From Bacteroidales bacterium UBA1725 (GTDB taxonomy: Bacteria > Bacteroidota > Bacteroidia > Bacteroidales > UBA932), in contig DCIN01000061.1 of assembly GCA_002315815.1 (NCBI GenBank), forward strand, positions 1-50,496: a stretch of 50,496 bases of DNA, read 5' to 3'. This document shows positions 1-8,264 of the stretch, piece by piece (position 1 is the first letter of the stretch; every line of letters starts with the position of its first letter). Position numbers and translations under genes: made by a program. The notes beneath the pieces were generated by a model. The model was not told the DNA's origin and did no database searches. It saw nothing but the letters and a program-made list of their open reading frames with translations.

Positions 1-478
1 TGCTATTGCTTGCGGCACACCTCCGGAAGGGTTCAGCCGATGGACTTTGCGTCTGATATCAGAGAGGGCTGTCGAGATGCAAATCATCGATGCAATCTCG
101 CACACCCAGGTGGGACGCATTCTAAAAAAAACGAATATAAGCCTCATCTGAAGAAGATGTGGTGTATTCTTCCCCAGCAGAATGCTGCTTTTGTGGCTGC
201 GATGGAGGATGTACTGGAAGTGTACTCCAGACCTTATGATTCTCAATATCCTGTCGTGTGCATGGACGAACAGCCTATTGAACTGCATCTGGATGCTCGA
301 GAGCCCATTCATCTTTCTGAAACGAATAATTCTGAAAAGGTTGATCACGAATATGTCCGCAAAGGAACCTGTTGCGGATTTATGTTTACTGGCAATTCTC
401 CATTGGAGATGCCAGAACCAGACTCAAGCATTTGTATCCTACTATAAAAATCCATGTTTAGATGTTACACGCTACTAG
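1..478 (+). mobile_element. IS630-family element, 5'-truncated by window edge, internally deleted transposase (pseudogene)
   Basis: Frame 2 reads AIACGTPPEGFSRWTLRLISERAVEMQIIDAISHTQVGRILKK (IS630 HTH region). After an A8 run at 124-131, frame 1 reads KKNEYKPHLKKMWCI...MEDVLEVYSRPYD...VVCMDEQP...DHEYVRKGT..FMFT. Frame 3 from 390 reads WQFSIGDARTRLKHLYPTIKIHV*, the typical C-terminus. Likely right end ...GTTACACGCTACTAG at ~478. Confidence 0.85.
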
Positions 479-575
479 AGTAATACCATATTGGATACTA
501 TTCCGGTATTTTATATGAGATACTCCTGCCAAACTGGTGATTCTTGAGACTCTTGACGCAGAAGATCAAGTTCAA

Positions 576-592
576 TCCTATAGGAGTCACTT
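576..592 (+). other. att-like core resembling a tRNA 3' end (TCCTATAGGAGTCACTT)
   Basis: GTTCAAT-CCTAT-AGGAGTC-A-C fits T-loop, 5-nt T-stem, 7-nt acceptor strand and discriminator geometry, with no tRNA 5' half upstream. It is 16/17 identical to the reverse complement of 49932-49948. Confidence 0.6.
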
Positions 593-594
593 AC

Positions 595-626
595 AACCCC
601 GCTACAACGCACTGTAGCGGGGTTTT
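595..626. terminator. Intrinsic terminator-like hairpin
   Basis: Perfect 12-bp stem AACCCCGCTACA/TGTAGCGGGGTT with a 6-nt loop and a T run. It lies after the att core and downstream of the minus-strand Abi gene. Confidence 0.7.
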
Positions 627-678
627 CATTTTTGAGGCTAACATTTGGCACACATATCTCAGGAAGGTGCTAATCCCT

Positions 679-1347
679 CTATAGATTGTCAATACTATCA
701 AGAACTGAATGCGGTAAGATATCAAGTCCAAAATATAGATGATTTCCTGAATATCCCAGAAAATTTACGTATTTGATGAGCGTAGAATAATTGGATTTGG
801 CCAAGGATGAGTCTTTCGATCCAAATGAATCAAAGCATATAGCTTCGTGATGTGCAATTCTGTTACGAAAGTCTTTTATGGTCAAAAGCTCATTATATAT
901 AGCCCTTTGTCCCAGTCCAACTTCCTTTTGTGGAAAAATCTTCAATAACGACTGTCCACCTCTACGAAATGGGACTTTTGTAAAAAGATAAGTCCAAAAG
1001 CCAAAGGTAACAGAGGATGCTATTCTATCACTGCTATATCTGCCAGATTTATCTAAATCATTAATTGTCTGTAGCACTGATATTTTTTGAGGGTGAAACT
1101 CCAACATACCACCAGTGCCTAACTGATTTCTGATCCAATCATTATCATTGAAATATGCACGATAATGAGTATCTATTGCGTTTCTTAAAACAACCTCAAA
1201 GATGTTGAGCATGCCATAAAATTTTTGGCATAGTTTTACATTGTACCTGTACAACGTAAGAGCTTTACCAGTGTTATTCCCACAAGCCTGCAAGTATTTG
1301 TTAAGTCTCGCAGCAGAAAAGGCTTTTTCGTACTCCCAATATTTCAT
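679..1347 (-). CDS. Abi-like protein (Abi_2/AbiD-AbiF related), HEPN RNase motif
   Basis: 222 aa with FSAARLNKYL, LYRYN, FEVVLRNAI, TFGFW and RNRIAHHE (R-x4-H). Visibly more AT-rich than the flanking core genes. Confidence 0.8.
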   Translation of the reverse strand: MKYWEYEKAFSAARLNKYLQACGNNTGKALTLYRYNVKLCQKFYGMLNIFEVVLRNAIDTHYRAYFNDNDWIRNQLGTGGMLEFHPQKISVLQTINDLDKSGRYSSDRIASSVTFGFWTYLFTKVPFRRGGQSLLKIFPQKEVGLGQRAIYNELLTIKDFRNRIAHHEAICFDSFGSKDSSLAKSNYSTLIKYVNFLGYSGNHLYFGLDILPHSVLDSIDNL

Positions 1348-1362
1348 ATCTTTCTAACACTT

Positions 1363-1393
1363 TTTGCAAATATACAATATTTTAGTACCTTTG
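1363..1393 (+). promoter_or_regulatory. Canonical Bacteroidetes promoter (-33/-7) pointing into a non-coding hairpin
   Basis: TTTG (1363-1366), N19, TACCTTTG (1386-1393). Confidence 0.65.
1367..1374 (-). promoter_or_regulatory. Bacteroidetes -7 promoter element for the Abi gene
   Basis: TATATTTG on the minus strand, about 20 nt upstream of the ATG at 1347. Confidence 0.6.
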
Positions 1394-1397
1394 CGTT

Positions 1398-1450
1398 GTA
1401 ATCCCCGGATGTCCCTGAGAAATCAAACATTCGGGTTTAGTCTTTTTATT
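1398..1450 (+). ncRNA. Candidate small structured RNA divergent from the Abi gene
   Basis: Stem CCCGGAUGU/ACAUUCGGG (one G-U pair), internal loop CCC/A, stem UGA/UCA, GAAA tetraloop, then a U-rich tail. It lies directly behind a canonical promoter. Confidence 0.5.
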
Positions 1451-1482
1451 GTCATTGGGGAATTCGCGTAAGGGATGACAAC

Positions 1483-1508
1483 TATAATGTACCCCAAATT
1501 TCGGACAG
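1483..1508. mobile_element. Possible orphan IS3/IS150-type terminal inverted repeat
   Basis: TATAATGTACCCCAAATTTCGGACAG resembles, from memory, the ...CCCCAAAAGTT(A/G)GACA ends of IS150-group elements. No transposase or partner IR was seen. Confidence 0.35.
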
Positions 1509-1694
1509 TGAGTTAAGTCAAAAAATAGATATTTTTTCCTGCTGTATGTGAGCGTGATGCTCATCATTACATTTCTGCAGCAGGAATTTGTCTTGTTGCC
1601 CGAACTTCAGAATCTTGATCTTATCGGTGAAAACACCAAAGCGGAGTTACTGGAAAATAATCAGAAATGGAGATGGATGGAATTTGTCTGCTGA

Positions 1695-1726
1695 TTTGCA
1701 GATGAACCGGATTTTGTGTATGTTTG
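1695..1726 (+). promoter_or_regulatory. Promoter for the symporter gene (near-leaderless transcript)
   Basis: TTTG, N20, TATGTTTG ending 7 nt before the ATG at 1734. Confidence 0.55.
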
Positions 1727-1733
1727 ATTCTCG

Positions 1734-3107
1734 ATGTTCGAGAGTGTAATAAACCGGATTAATGACATAGTCTGGAGTCCTGCTTTGGTTGTGCTTCTGG
1801 TTGCTGCCGGATTGTATTTCTCCATACGCACGCGCTTTGTTCAGTTGAGGCGGATAGGACTGATGGTCCGCCTGCTTTTTACCAGGCCATCAGGCAAGAT
1901 GTCTTCCTTCAAGACTTTCTGTCTGGCTCTGTCGGGAAGAGTCGGGACCGGCAATGTCGTGGGAGTTGCCACGGCCATAGCTCTGGGAGGTCCCGGTGCA
2001 ATATTCTGGATGTGGGTCATCGCTCTTCTTGGAGCATCCACTGCCTTTATGGAGTCCACCCTTGCCAGAATGTACCGCTTCCCCCATAAGGACGGTTGGC
2101 GTGGAGGTCCTGCTTCATACATCGAAAAGGGCCTGGGTCTCAAATGGTTGGGAACTATTTTCGCCATAGTCACCATTCTGGGCTATGGACTGTTGATTGT
2201 GGCGGTGCAGGCAAATGGAGTCTCATCTGCTTTCAGCAACTCATTTTCCGTTCATCCCGCCGTCACTGGTGTGATAACTGTGGCGTTGCTTTTCGCCGTG
2301 ACCATAGGGGGGATGAAGCGTATCGCCAATTTTGCATCGGTGGTCACTCCGTTTATGTCGGTGGCATATGTTCTGATGGCGTTGATTATCATTATTGCCA
2401 ACATTGATCAGGTTCCCGGTGCTTTCTCCGCCATATTCAAATCTGCCTTGGGCTTCGATCAGGCTCTTGGCGGAATGCTCGGCAGTGCAATTGCAATGGG
2501 CGTGAAGCGTGGTCTGTTTTCGAACGAGGCCGGGCAGGGAGGGGGTGCCATAGTCTCCGCTATGGCTGAGACCGACCATCCCGCAAAGCAGGGACTCGTA
2601 CAGTCTTTTTCCGTTTACATCGATACCCTGCTGGTATGCACGTCCACGGCATTGATGATTCTTTGCACAGGTCTCTACAACATTTTCGACCAGAAGACGG
2701 GAGAGGCAATCGTCCTGAACGCGCCCGAACTCGGCAACAACTATGTTGCCTATACACAGGCGGCCATTGACACTGTCTTTCACGGTTTCGGAAGTGCATT
2801 CGTGTCCGTGGCCCTGGCCTTTTTTGTATTCACTTCCATCCTGGCATACGTTGTCTATGCAGATTCCAGCATCACCTATCTGTGCAGGACGGCGGGGCAT
2901 TCCGAAAAAACCCGGAACATCTGCAACTACCTCTATATGGCAGGTGCATTCGGGATGATAATGTTCGGATCCCTGTCCACATCCACTACTGCCTGGACCT
3001 TGGGCGACATCGGACTGGGCCTCACAACTTGGATAAACGTAATCGCTCTCCTCATCCTGTGTCCCAAGGCCCTGGAGTCCCTGAAGAATCTGGAGAACAG
3101 CATATAA
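1734..3107 (+). CDS. Alanine/glycine:cation symporter (AGCS/AlsT family)
   Basis: GRVGTGNVVGVATAIALGGPGAIFWMW, GVKRGLFSNEAGQG, HPAKQGLVQ, IDTLLVCTSTA; multiple transmembrane segments. Confidence 0.93.
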   Translation: MFESVINRINDIVWSPALVVLLVAAGLYFSIRTRFVQLRRIGLMVRLLFTRPSGKMSSFKTFCLALSGRVGTGNVVGVATAIALGGPGAIFWMWVIALLGASTAFMESTLARMYRFPHKDGWRGGPASYIEKGLGLKWLGTIFAIVTILGYGLLIVAVQANGVSSAFSNSFSVHPAVTGVITVALLFAVTIGGMKRIANFASVVTPFMSVAYVLMALIIIIANIDQVPGAFSAIFKSALGFDQALGGMLGSAIAMGVKRGLFSNEAGQGGGAIVSAMAETDHPAKQGLVQSFSVYIDTLLVCTSTALMILCTGLYNIFDQKTGEAIVLNAPELGNNYVAYTQAAIDTVFHGFGSAFVSVALAFFVFTSILAYVVYADSSITYLCRTAGHSEKTRNICNYLYMAGAFGMIMFGSLSTSTTAWTLGDIGLGLTTWINVIALLILCPKALESLKNLENSI

Positions 3108-3118
3108 TCACTTTCGAT

Positions 3119-5518
3119 ATGATAACCAATAAGGTCAGTGTCATTATTGTTGCAATTTCAATTTCAATTGCAACTTCAATTGCAACTTCTGCCGTTGTCC
3201 CGGCCATAGCCGATACCGGATCCGGACCCGCTGCCGGTAACAGGCCCGCTGTCACAGCCGGACCCGCTGCCGGCATAGATATGACAAAGGTTGAATATGA
3301 GCGATTCCGTGAACCCGACCGTGAATTCCGGGGAGTGAGGTTCATTTCCATTCCTCTCGACAGGGCTACCGAAGAATCTATGAGAGCCTCCGTGGAGAGG
3401 GATTTCAAAACTGACCTCTGGGGGTCTTTCGTTCTGATTCCAGGCGGAGGAAGCACGGAAGGATTGAGCGAGGATTATCTCAAGTTCTCGCGCCGCAAAG
3501 CCAACCCCGACGGGACGGCATATCTGAGTGATAATTACTTCAAGCTCTACAGGGCCGCTATTGAGAAAGGACTGGAACTGGGGTTCAGGTGCACCACCCT
3601 GTATGATGAGTGGGAGTATCCGAGTGGTATGGTAGAGGGCCTTTTTTACAGCAGGTATCCCGATGACTGCTCAAAGAGCCTTGAGATGGAGGAACAGGAT
3701 TATTCCTTGTCCAAACCCGTGACAGCTTCTCTGTCAATGCCAGAAAACGGTATCTATATGGGATCAGTCCTTATGAACCTCGATACCAAGGAGAGAAAGG
3801 ATGTCAGCTCCAGCTTCAAGTCAGGCAAGCTTGAGTGCAGACTGCCTGTAGGCAACTGGAAGCTTATGCTTTTCTGGCTCGATTCGAGTTTTACCCCCAA
3901 CTCCAGCAAGGGCGGTTTCGTGGACTATCTGGACAGAGAGGCCGTAGCCAAATACATAGACCTCAATTTTGAGCCATATTGGGAGCATCTCGGCGAGTTC
4001 TTCGGCACCGTGATAGAGCGCACTTTCTATGACGAGCCAACTATGATGCTCAACGGCGGCCGTATGTGGACTCCGGGATTCAACAAAGGATTCAAGGAGA
4101 AATACGGTTATGACCCCATCACCCTCTATCCTGCCCTATGGTACAGCATCGGGGATGAAACGGCTGCGGCCCGCAACGCTTTGTTCGGATTCAGGACCGA
4201 TCTTTTCGCCGAGAACTACATAGGACAGGTGTCGGAATGGTGCAGGAACCACGGCATCAAGGGAGGCGGCCATCTGGATCAGGAAGAGACCCGCAATCCC
4301 GTCGGGGCCAACGGTGACCTTATGAAAGCGTTCAAATATCAGGATGTTCCGGCTACGGATGACATATACTATCCCGGCCGGTCCAATGTCGGCTACAAGA
4401 TTGTGTCATCTTCCGCCTACAATTGGGACAAGCCTGAGATGTTCACAGAGACTTTTGCCGCCTACAGCAGGCCGCAGTATGCCGCACACACTCCGGAGAA
4501 CTATATGAGAGTTTCTCTGGACCAGATGGCTATGGGAACCAACATCCAGATAGAGTTTGAGAGGAAGTATGAAAATGTGGACAGATTTCTGGGCCGTGGC
4601 GGGTATATGCTCCGCGGCGGAAGACACGTCTCCGATATTGCCGTCATCTATCCCATTGCATCCCTCCAGGCTGCATACAGTTTCCCCAGCAAGACCCAGA
4701 ACGGTCACTATTATGCGTATATGGGAGGAATAGTGCCTGCTGAAACGGATTATATGGATGTGGGCGAGAGTATATTCCGTGGTCTGCATCTCGATTACAC
4801 CTACCTGCACCCCGAGGTCCTCGTGGAGAAATGCACTGTCGAGGGCAATGAACTGAAACTCAACAATACAAACAACTGGGAGCAGTACAAGTTGCTTGTG
4901 ATTCCCGGAGGCGACACCTTCTCTGCGGATGCCGCCGCCAAGGTGCTCGAATTCTACCGTGCGGGCGGACAGGTCCTTGCCACCAGCAAACTTCCAACCA
5001 AGTCGGCCGAGTTCGGCAGGGACGCTGAAGTTCGCGATATGGTGTATGAGGTGTTCGGAATGTCCGACATCAGGCCTATGACTTGCAGCGTGCGCCACGC
5101 ATCCTACAGGTTCCTCAACATCTTCTCCAACAGAAATGACAGGGGAGGATGCGGATACTTCATAGCCCAGCCCTACACGTCAGTGCTCGAACAACTTATC
5201 AATCAGATTATTCCCGTCAAGGATGTGGATATGGGCGTAGCTCCCGAGTACTATGTGAAGATGGACCACGATTATGCCGGAGCAATCACATATACCCATA
5301 AGGTCAGGGGTGGCAAGGATATCTATTTCTTTGCGAATTCCACCGACTATCCTATGGAAAGCACGTTTACCGTGCGTGGAGAGAAGAACTCGATGGAAGT
5401 ATGGGACCCCCATACTGGAGAACGGGAGACACTCGAATTCCGGAAGACCGGAAAGGGCGGGACTCAGTTCAAACTGTCCCTCGATTCTCTTAAAGGCCTT
5501 TTTGTCGTAGCAGAATAA
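3119..5518 (+). CDS. Glycoside hydrolase, GH106 (alpha-L-rhamnosidase)-like
   Basis: LYDEWEYPSG, DYLDREAV, FYDEP, F..KYGYD, EWCRNHGI, KIVSSSAY, ETFAAY, EVWDPHTGE. Start moved from 2882 to ATG 3119, which removes the overlap with the symporter and gives a signal-like N-terminus. Confidence 0.7.
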   Translation: MITNKVSVIIVAISISIATSIATSAVVPAIADTGSGPAAGNRPAVTAGPAAGIDMTKVEYERFREPDREFRGVRFISIPLDRATEESMRASVERDFKTDLWGSFVLIPGGGSTEGLSEDYLKFSRRKANPDGTAYLSDNYFKLYRAAIEKGLELGFRCTTLYDEWEYPSGMVEGLFYSRYPDDCSKSLEMEEQDYSLSKPVTASLSMPENGIYMGSVLMNLDTKERKDVSSSFKSGKLECRLPVGNWKLMLFWLDSSFTPNSSKGGFVDYLDREAVAKYIDLNFEPYWEHLGEFFGTVIERTFYDEPTMMLNGGRMWTPGFNKGFKEKYGYDPITLYPALWYSIGDETAAARNALFGFRTDLFAENYIGQVSEWCRNHGIKGGGHLDQEETRNPVGANGDLMKAFKYQDVPATDDIYYPGRSNVGYKIVSSSAYNWDKPEMFTETFAAYSRPQYAAHTPENYMRVSLDQMAMGTNIQIEFERKYENVDRFLGRGGYMLRGGRHVSDIAVIYPIASLQAAYSFPSKTQNGHYYAYMGGIVPAETDYMDVGESIFRGLHLDYTYLHPEVLVEKCTVEGNELKLNNTNNWEQYKLLVIPGGDTFSADAAAKVLEFYRAGGQVLATSKLPTKSAEFGRDAEVRDMVYEVFGMSDIRPMTCSVRHASYRFLNIFSNRNDRGGCGYFIAQPYTSVLEQLINQIIPVKDVDMGVAPEYYVKMDHDYAGAITYTHKVRGGKDIYFFANSTDYPMESTFTVRGEKNSMEVWDPHTGERETLEFRKTGKGGTQFKLSLDSLKGLFVVAE

Positions 5519-5569
5519 GCAATCATAATAAAGTGAATCTCAAAAAGAGGCTTCATAGAAATAGAAAAT

Positions 5570-7513
5570 ATGAAAAGAATTACATTTTTTCTGGCAATCT
5601 CATTTGCTGTCATCGCGTGCAGCTCCTATGATGCTGTCACAGTCATTGAGGATGCCGAAACCTACACAATGGACAACGGCATAGTGGCCGCAAGGGTTTC
5701 CAAGGTGACTGGCGATCTCGTGTCCTTCCGTTACAAAGGCGAGGAGATGTTTGCAACTGCTCTCGCCTCCGACAAGCCGATCGAACCCCTTTCCGAGGAC
5801 AATCCCGGAAATCCCAACTGGAAGACTCCCACCATTTCGGGCAAGGCTCACGGCTACTGGTCACACGATGCAATGGGAGTGCGTGGCTCCGAGCCTGCAA
5901 TTCCCTCTGTCAGCATTAACCCTTCGAAGAACGGAGGAAGGATTGCGGAAGTTTCTGTCAAGGCCATATCCAAAGGAAGGCGTCTGGGCACCGGTCCCGG
6001 AACCGATCCTGCCTCCGGCAACCTCGCCGTTGACATTGACATCAGGTACACTCTCGAAAGGGGAGCATCAGGAGTCTATACCTACTGCATCTTCAATCAT
6101 CCTGCAGATTATCCCCTCGGTCAGTTCGGGGAAGCTCGTTATTGTGCCAAACTTGCCCCTGAATTTGACTGGATGAGCGTGGACAAGGACGTCGATTTCT
6201 ACTATCCCACGACTCATAATGCCGGAGACAAATATGTCTATACCGCAGTCCAATCGGAGAATCCTGCGTTCGGATGGTCCAGCACAACAAAGAATGTCGG
6301 CCTCTTTTTCATCAACCCTTCGATGGAATATATGAGCGGCGGTCCCACCAAGGTCGAGTTTATGGGTCACAGGAACACCAGCCGCGAGGCTGAGGGCTGC
6401 GTCCTCAATTACTGGAGAAGCAGCCACTACGGCGGCGCGAGCGCAAGCATTGCGGAAGGGGAGGAGTGGAACAAGATTATCGGTCCTTTCTTAATCTATG
6501 CCAATGCCGGAGAAGGACACGATGCGATATATGCAGATGCAAAGGCCCGGGCTGTCAAAGAGCAGCAGAAATGGCCCTACAAGTGGATGTCCGATCCCAA
6601 TTACTCCAAAGCGAAGGACAGGTGCAGCGTCTCCGGAAGATTTGCGGTGAATGACTCTCTTTTTTATGGAACTTTCGCGAATCTGTACGTCGGCCTCGCA
6701 CACTCTGAATACGTCGAGCCGGGCACAGAGAACCACGGGCAGAGGATGATAGGCTGGCAGCGAGATGCAAAGCACTATCAGTTCTGGACAGTCGGAAACG
6801 AGGACGGGAGTTTCCTCATTGACAAGGTGATTCCCGGTGAGTATTGTCTTTATGCCTTTACCGACGGCATCCTGGGCGAGTATGTCAAGGCTGACGTGAA
6901 GCTGGAAAAGGGAGAAAAACTCAATCTTGGCACTTTGGAGTGGATTCCTGTCCGCAAGGGTGAGCAGATATGGGAGATAGGTATCCCCAACAGGAACGGT
7001 TCCGAATTTTATGGGGCGGACCAGCGCAGAGACCCCGAACTTCCAATCAAATATGCGGTATATTTCCCCGAAGATATCACATACACCGTCGGAAGCAGCG
7101 ACTTTGCAAAGGACTGGTTCTTCATACAGGTTCCGCACAACACCGACCCTGATGTCAAGCCCCTGCCGTTCTTCGGAATCAGGGCAAACGGCAATGCGAC
7201 TCCATACACCGTCAAATTCAATATGGACGAGTCCGTTTCCGGTCTGGCCACTGTCAGGATGGCTCTCTGCGGTGTGTCGTCAACTCATCTTACCGTAGTC
7301 GTGAACGGCAATGACCTCGGCCCTTGGAAACTGCTTCAGACAGGCGACAATGTAATAGTGCGTCACGGTTCCCACGGAATATGGCACGAGGAGGAGTTCA
7401 GTTTCGATGCCGGACTTCTTCAGAAGGGAGAGAACAGCATCAGTCTCATACTTCCTGCAGGCGAGCTCAATTCCGGCATAGTGTACGACTACCTCAGACT
7501 CGAAATTTCGTAG
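5570..7513 (+). CDS. Rhamnogalacturonan lyase (PL4 family), lipoprotein
   Basis: TMDNGIV, SGVYTY, EYMSGGPTK, SSHYGG, WNKIIGPFLIY, YQFWT..GSF.I.KV.PG.Y, IWEIGIPNR, YDYLRLE; lipobox VIAC. Confidence 0.85.
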   Translation: MKRITFFLAISFAVIACSSYDAVTVIEDAETYTMDNGIVAARVSKVTGDLVSFRYKGEEMFATALASDKPIEPLSEDNPGNPNWKTPTISGKAHGYWSHDAMGVRGSEPAIPSVSINPSKNGGRIAEVSVKAISKGRRLGTGPGTDPASGNLAVDIDIRYTLERGASGVYTYCIFNHPADYPLGQFGEARYCAKLAPEFDWMSVDKDVDFYYPTTHNAGDKYVYTAVQSENPAFGWSSTTKNVGLFFINPSMEYMSGGPTKVEFMGHRNTSREAEGCVLNYWRSSHYGGASASIAEGEEWNKIIGPFLIYANAGEGHDAIYADAKARAVKEQQKWPYKWMSDPNYSKAKDRCSVSGRFAVNDSLFYGTFANLYVGLAHSEYVEPGTENHGQRMIGWQRDAKHYQFWTVGNEDGSFLIDKVIPGEYCLYAFTDGILGEYVKADVKLEKGEKLNLGTLEWIPVRKGEQIWEIGIPNRNGSEFYGADQRRDPELPIKYAVYFPEDITYTVGSSDFAKDWFFIQVPHNTDPDVKPLPFFGIRANGNATPYTVKFNMDESVSGLATVRMALCGVSSTHLTVVVNGNDLGPWKLLQTGDNVIVRHGSHGIWHEEEFSFDAGLLQKGENSISLILPAGELNSGIVYDYLRLEIS

Positions 7514-7565
7514 AAAATTCGTATCTTTGCACCTTGCGAATATAGAAAGTCTAATACTGATAAAA

Positions 7566-8258
7566 ATGATTTACACGAAAGAAGTGCAGCAGATGTGCTG
7601 CGTAGCAAAAGGCGCAAATCACGCCAATGCCCCCATTCCCGAAGAAGGCAAATGGGTGCATGCCAAGGAAATAAAGGATATTTCCGGACTTACCCACGGA
7701 ATAGGCTGGTGTGCTCCTCAGCAGGGATGCTGCAAACTCACGCTCAATGTCAAGGACGGAATCATCGAGGAGGCTCTCGTAGAGACACTCGGTTGCTCAG
7801 GTATGACTCATTCAGCTGCTATGGCTTCAGAGATTCTTCCCGGCAAGACCCTTCTCGAGGCTCTCAACACTGACCTTGTTTGCGATGCCATCAACACAGC
7901 TATGCGTGAACTCTTCCTTCAGATTGTTTACGGGCGCACCCAGTCCGCATTTTCCGAGGGCGGTCTTCCCATCGGAGGCAGTCTTGAGGATCTTGGAAAG
8001 AACCTCCGCAGCCAGGTCGGCACTATGTACGGCACCAAGGCCAAGGGCAGCCGCTATCTCGAGATGACGGAAGGCTATTGCACCAAGATGGCTCTCGATG
8101 CAAACAATGAGGTCATCGGCTATGAGTTTGTCAACTTGGGCAAGCTTATGGATGCCCTCAAGGCCGGTGCCACAGGTCCTGAAGCCATAGAGAAGGCAAA
8201 AGGAACCTATGGACGTTTCAATGATGCAGTTAAATATATCGACCCCCGCAAAGAGTAA
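7566..8258 (+). CDS. NifU/IscU-like Fe-S scaffold family protein
   Basis: GWCAPQQGCCKLTLNVKDGIIEEALVETLGCSGMTHSAAMA, TDLVCDAIN. Start at ATG 7566, behind promoter element TATCTTTG at 7522-7529. Confidence 0.8.
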   Translation: MIYTKEVQQMCCVAKGANHANAPIPEEGKWVHAKEIKDISGLTHGIGWCAPQQGCCKLTLNVKDGIIEEALVETLGCSGMTHSAAMASEILPGKTLLEALNTDLVCDAINTAMRELFLQIVYGRTQSAFSEGGLPIGGSLEDLGKNLRSQVGTMYGTKAKGSRYLEMTEGYCTKMALDANNEVIGYEFVNLGKLMDALKAGATGPEAIEKAKGTYGRFNDAVKYIDPRKE

Positions 8259-8264
8259 GACATT

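Noticed and set aside
500-592. Possible intact tRNA
   Set aside because: Only the 3' T-arm and acceptor-like portion is present; no D arm or anticodon arm can be folded.
1382-1567. 61-aa minus-strand ORF as a protein antitoxin
   Set aside because: It has no family motifs, crosses hairpins and an IS-like end, and the Abi promoter lies downstream of it.
1450-1733. Glycine riboswitch upstream of the alanine/glycine symporter
   Set aside because: The GGAGA/CCGAAG/CTCTCAGG core motifs are not found, and the gene's promoter lies only a few bases from its ATG.
2882-3118. N-terminal extensions in the ORF track (also at 7527, 25744, 40170, 41333 and 45224)
   Set aside because: Most overlap neighbouring genes, promoters or terminators. 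Downstream ATGs give proper signal peptides or conserved N-termini.
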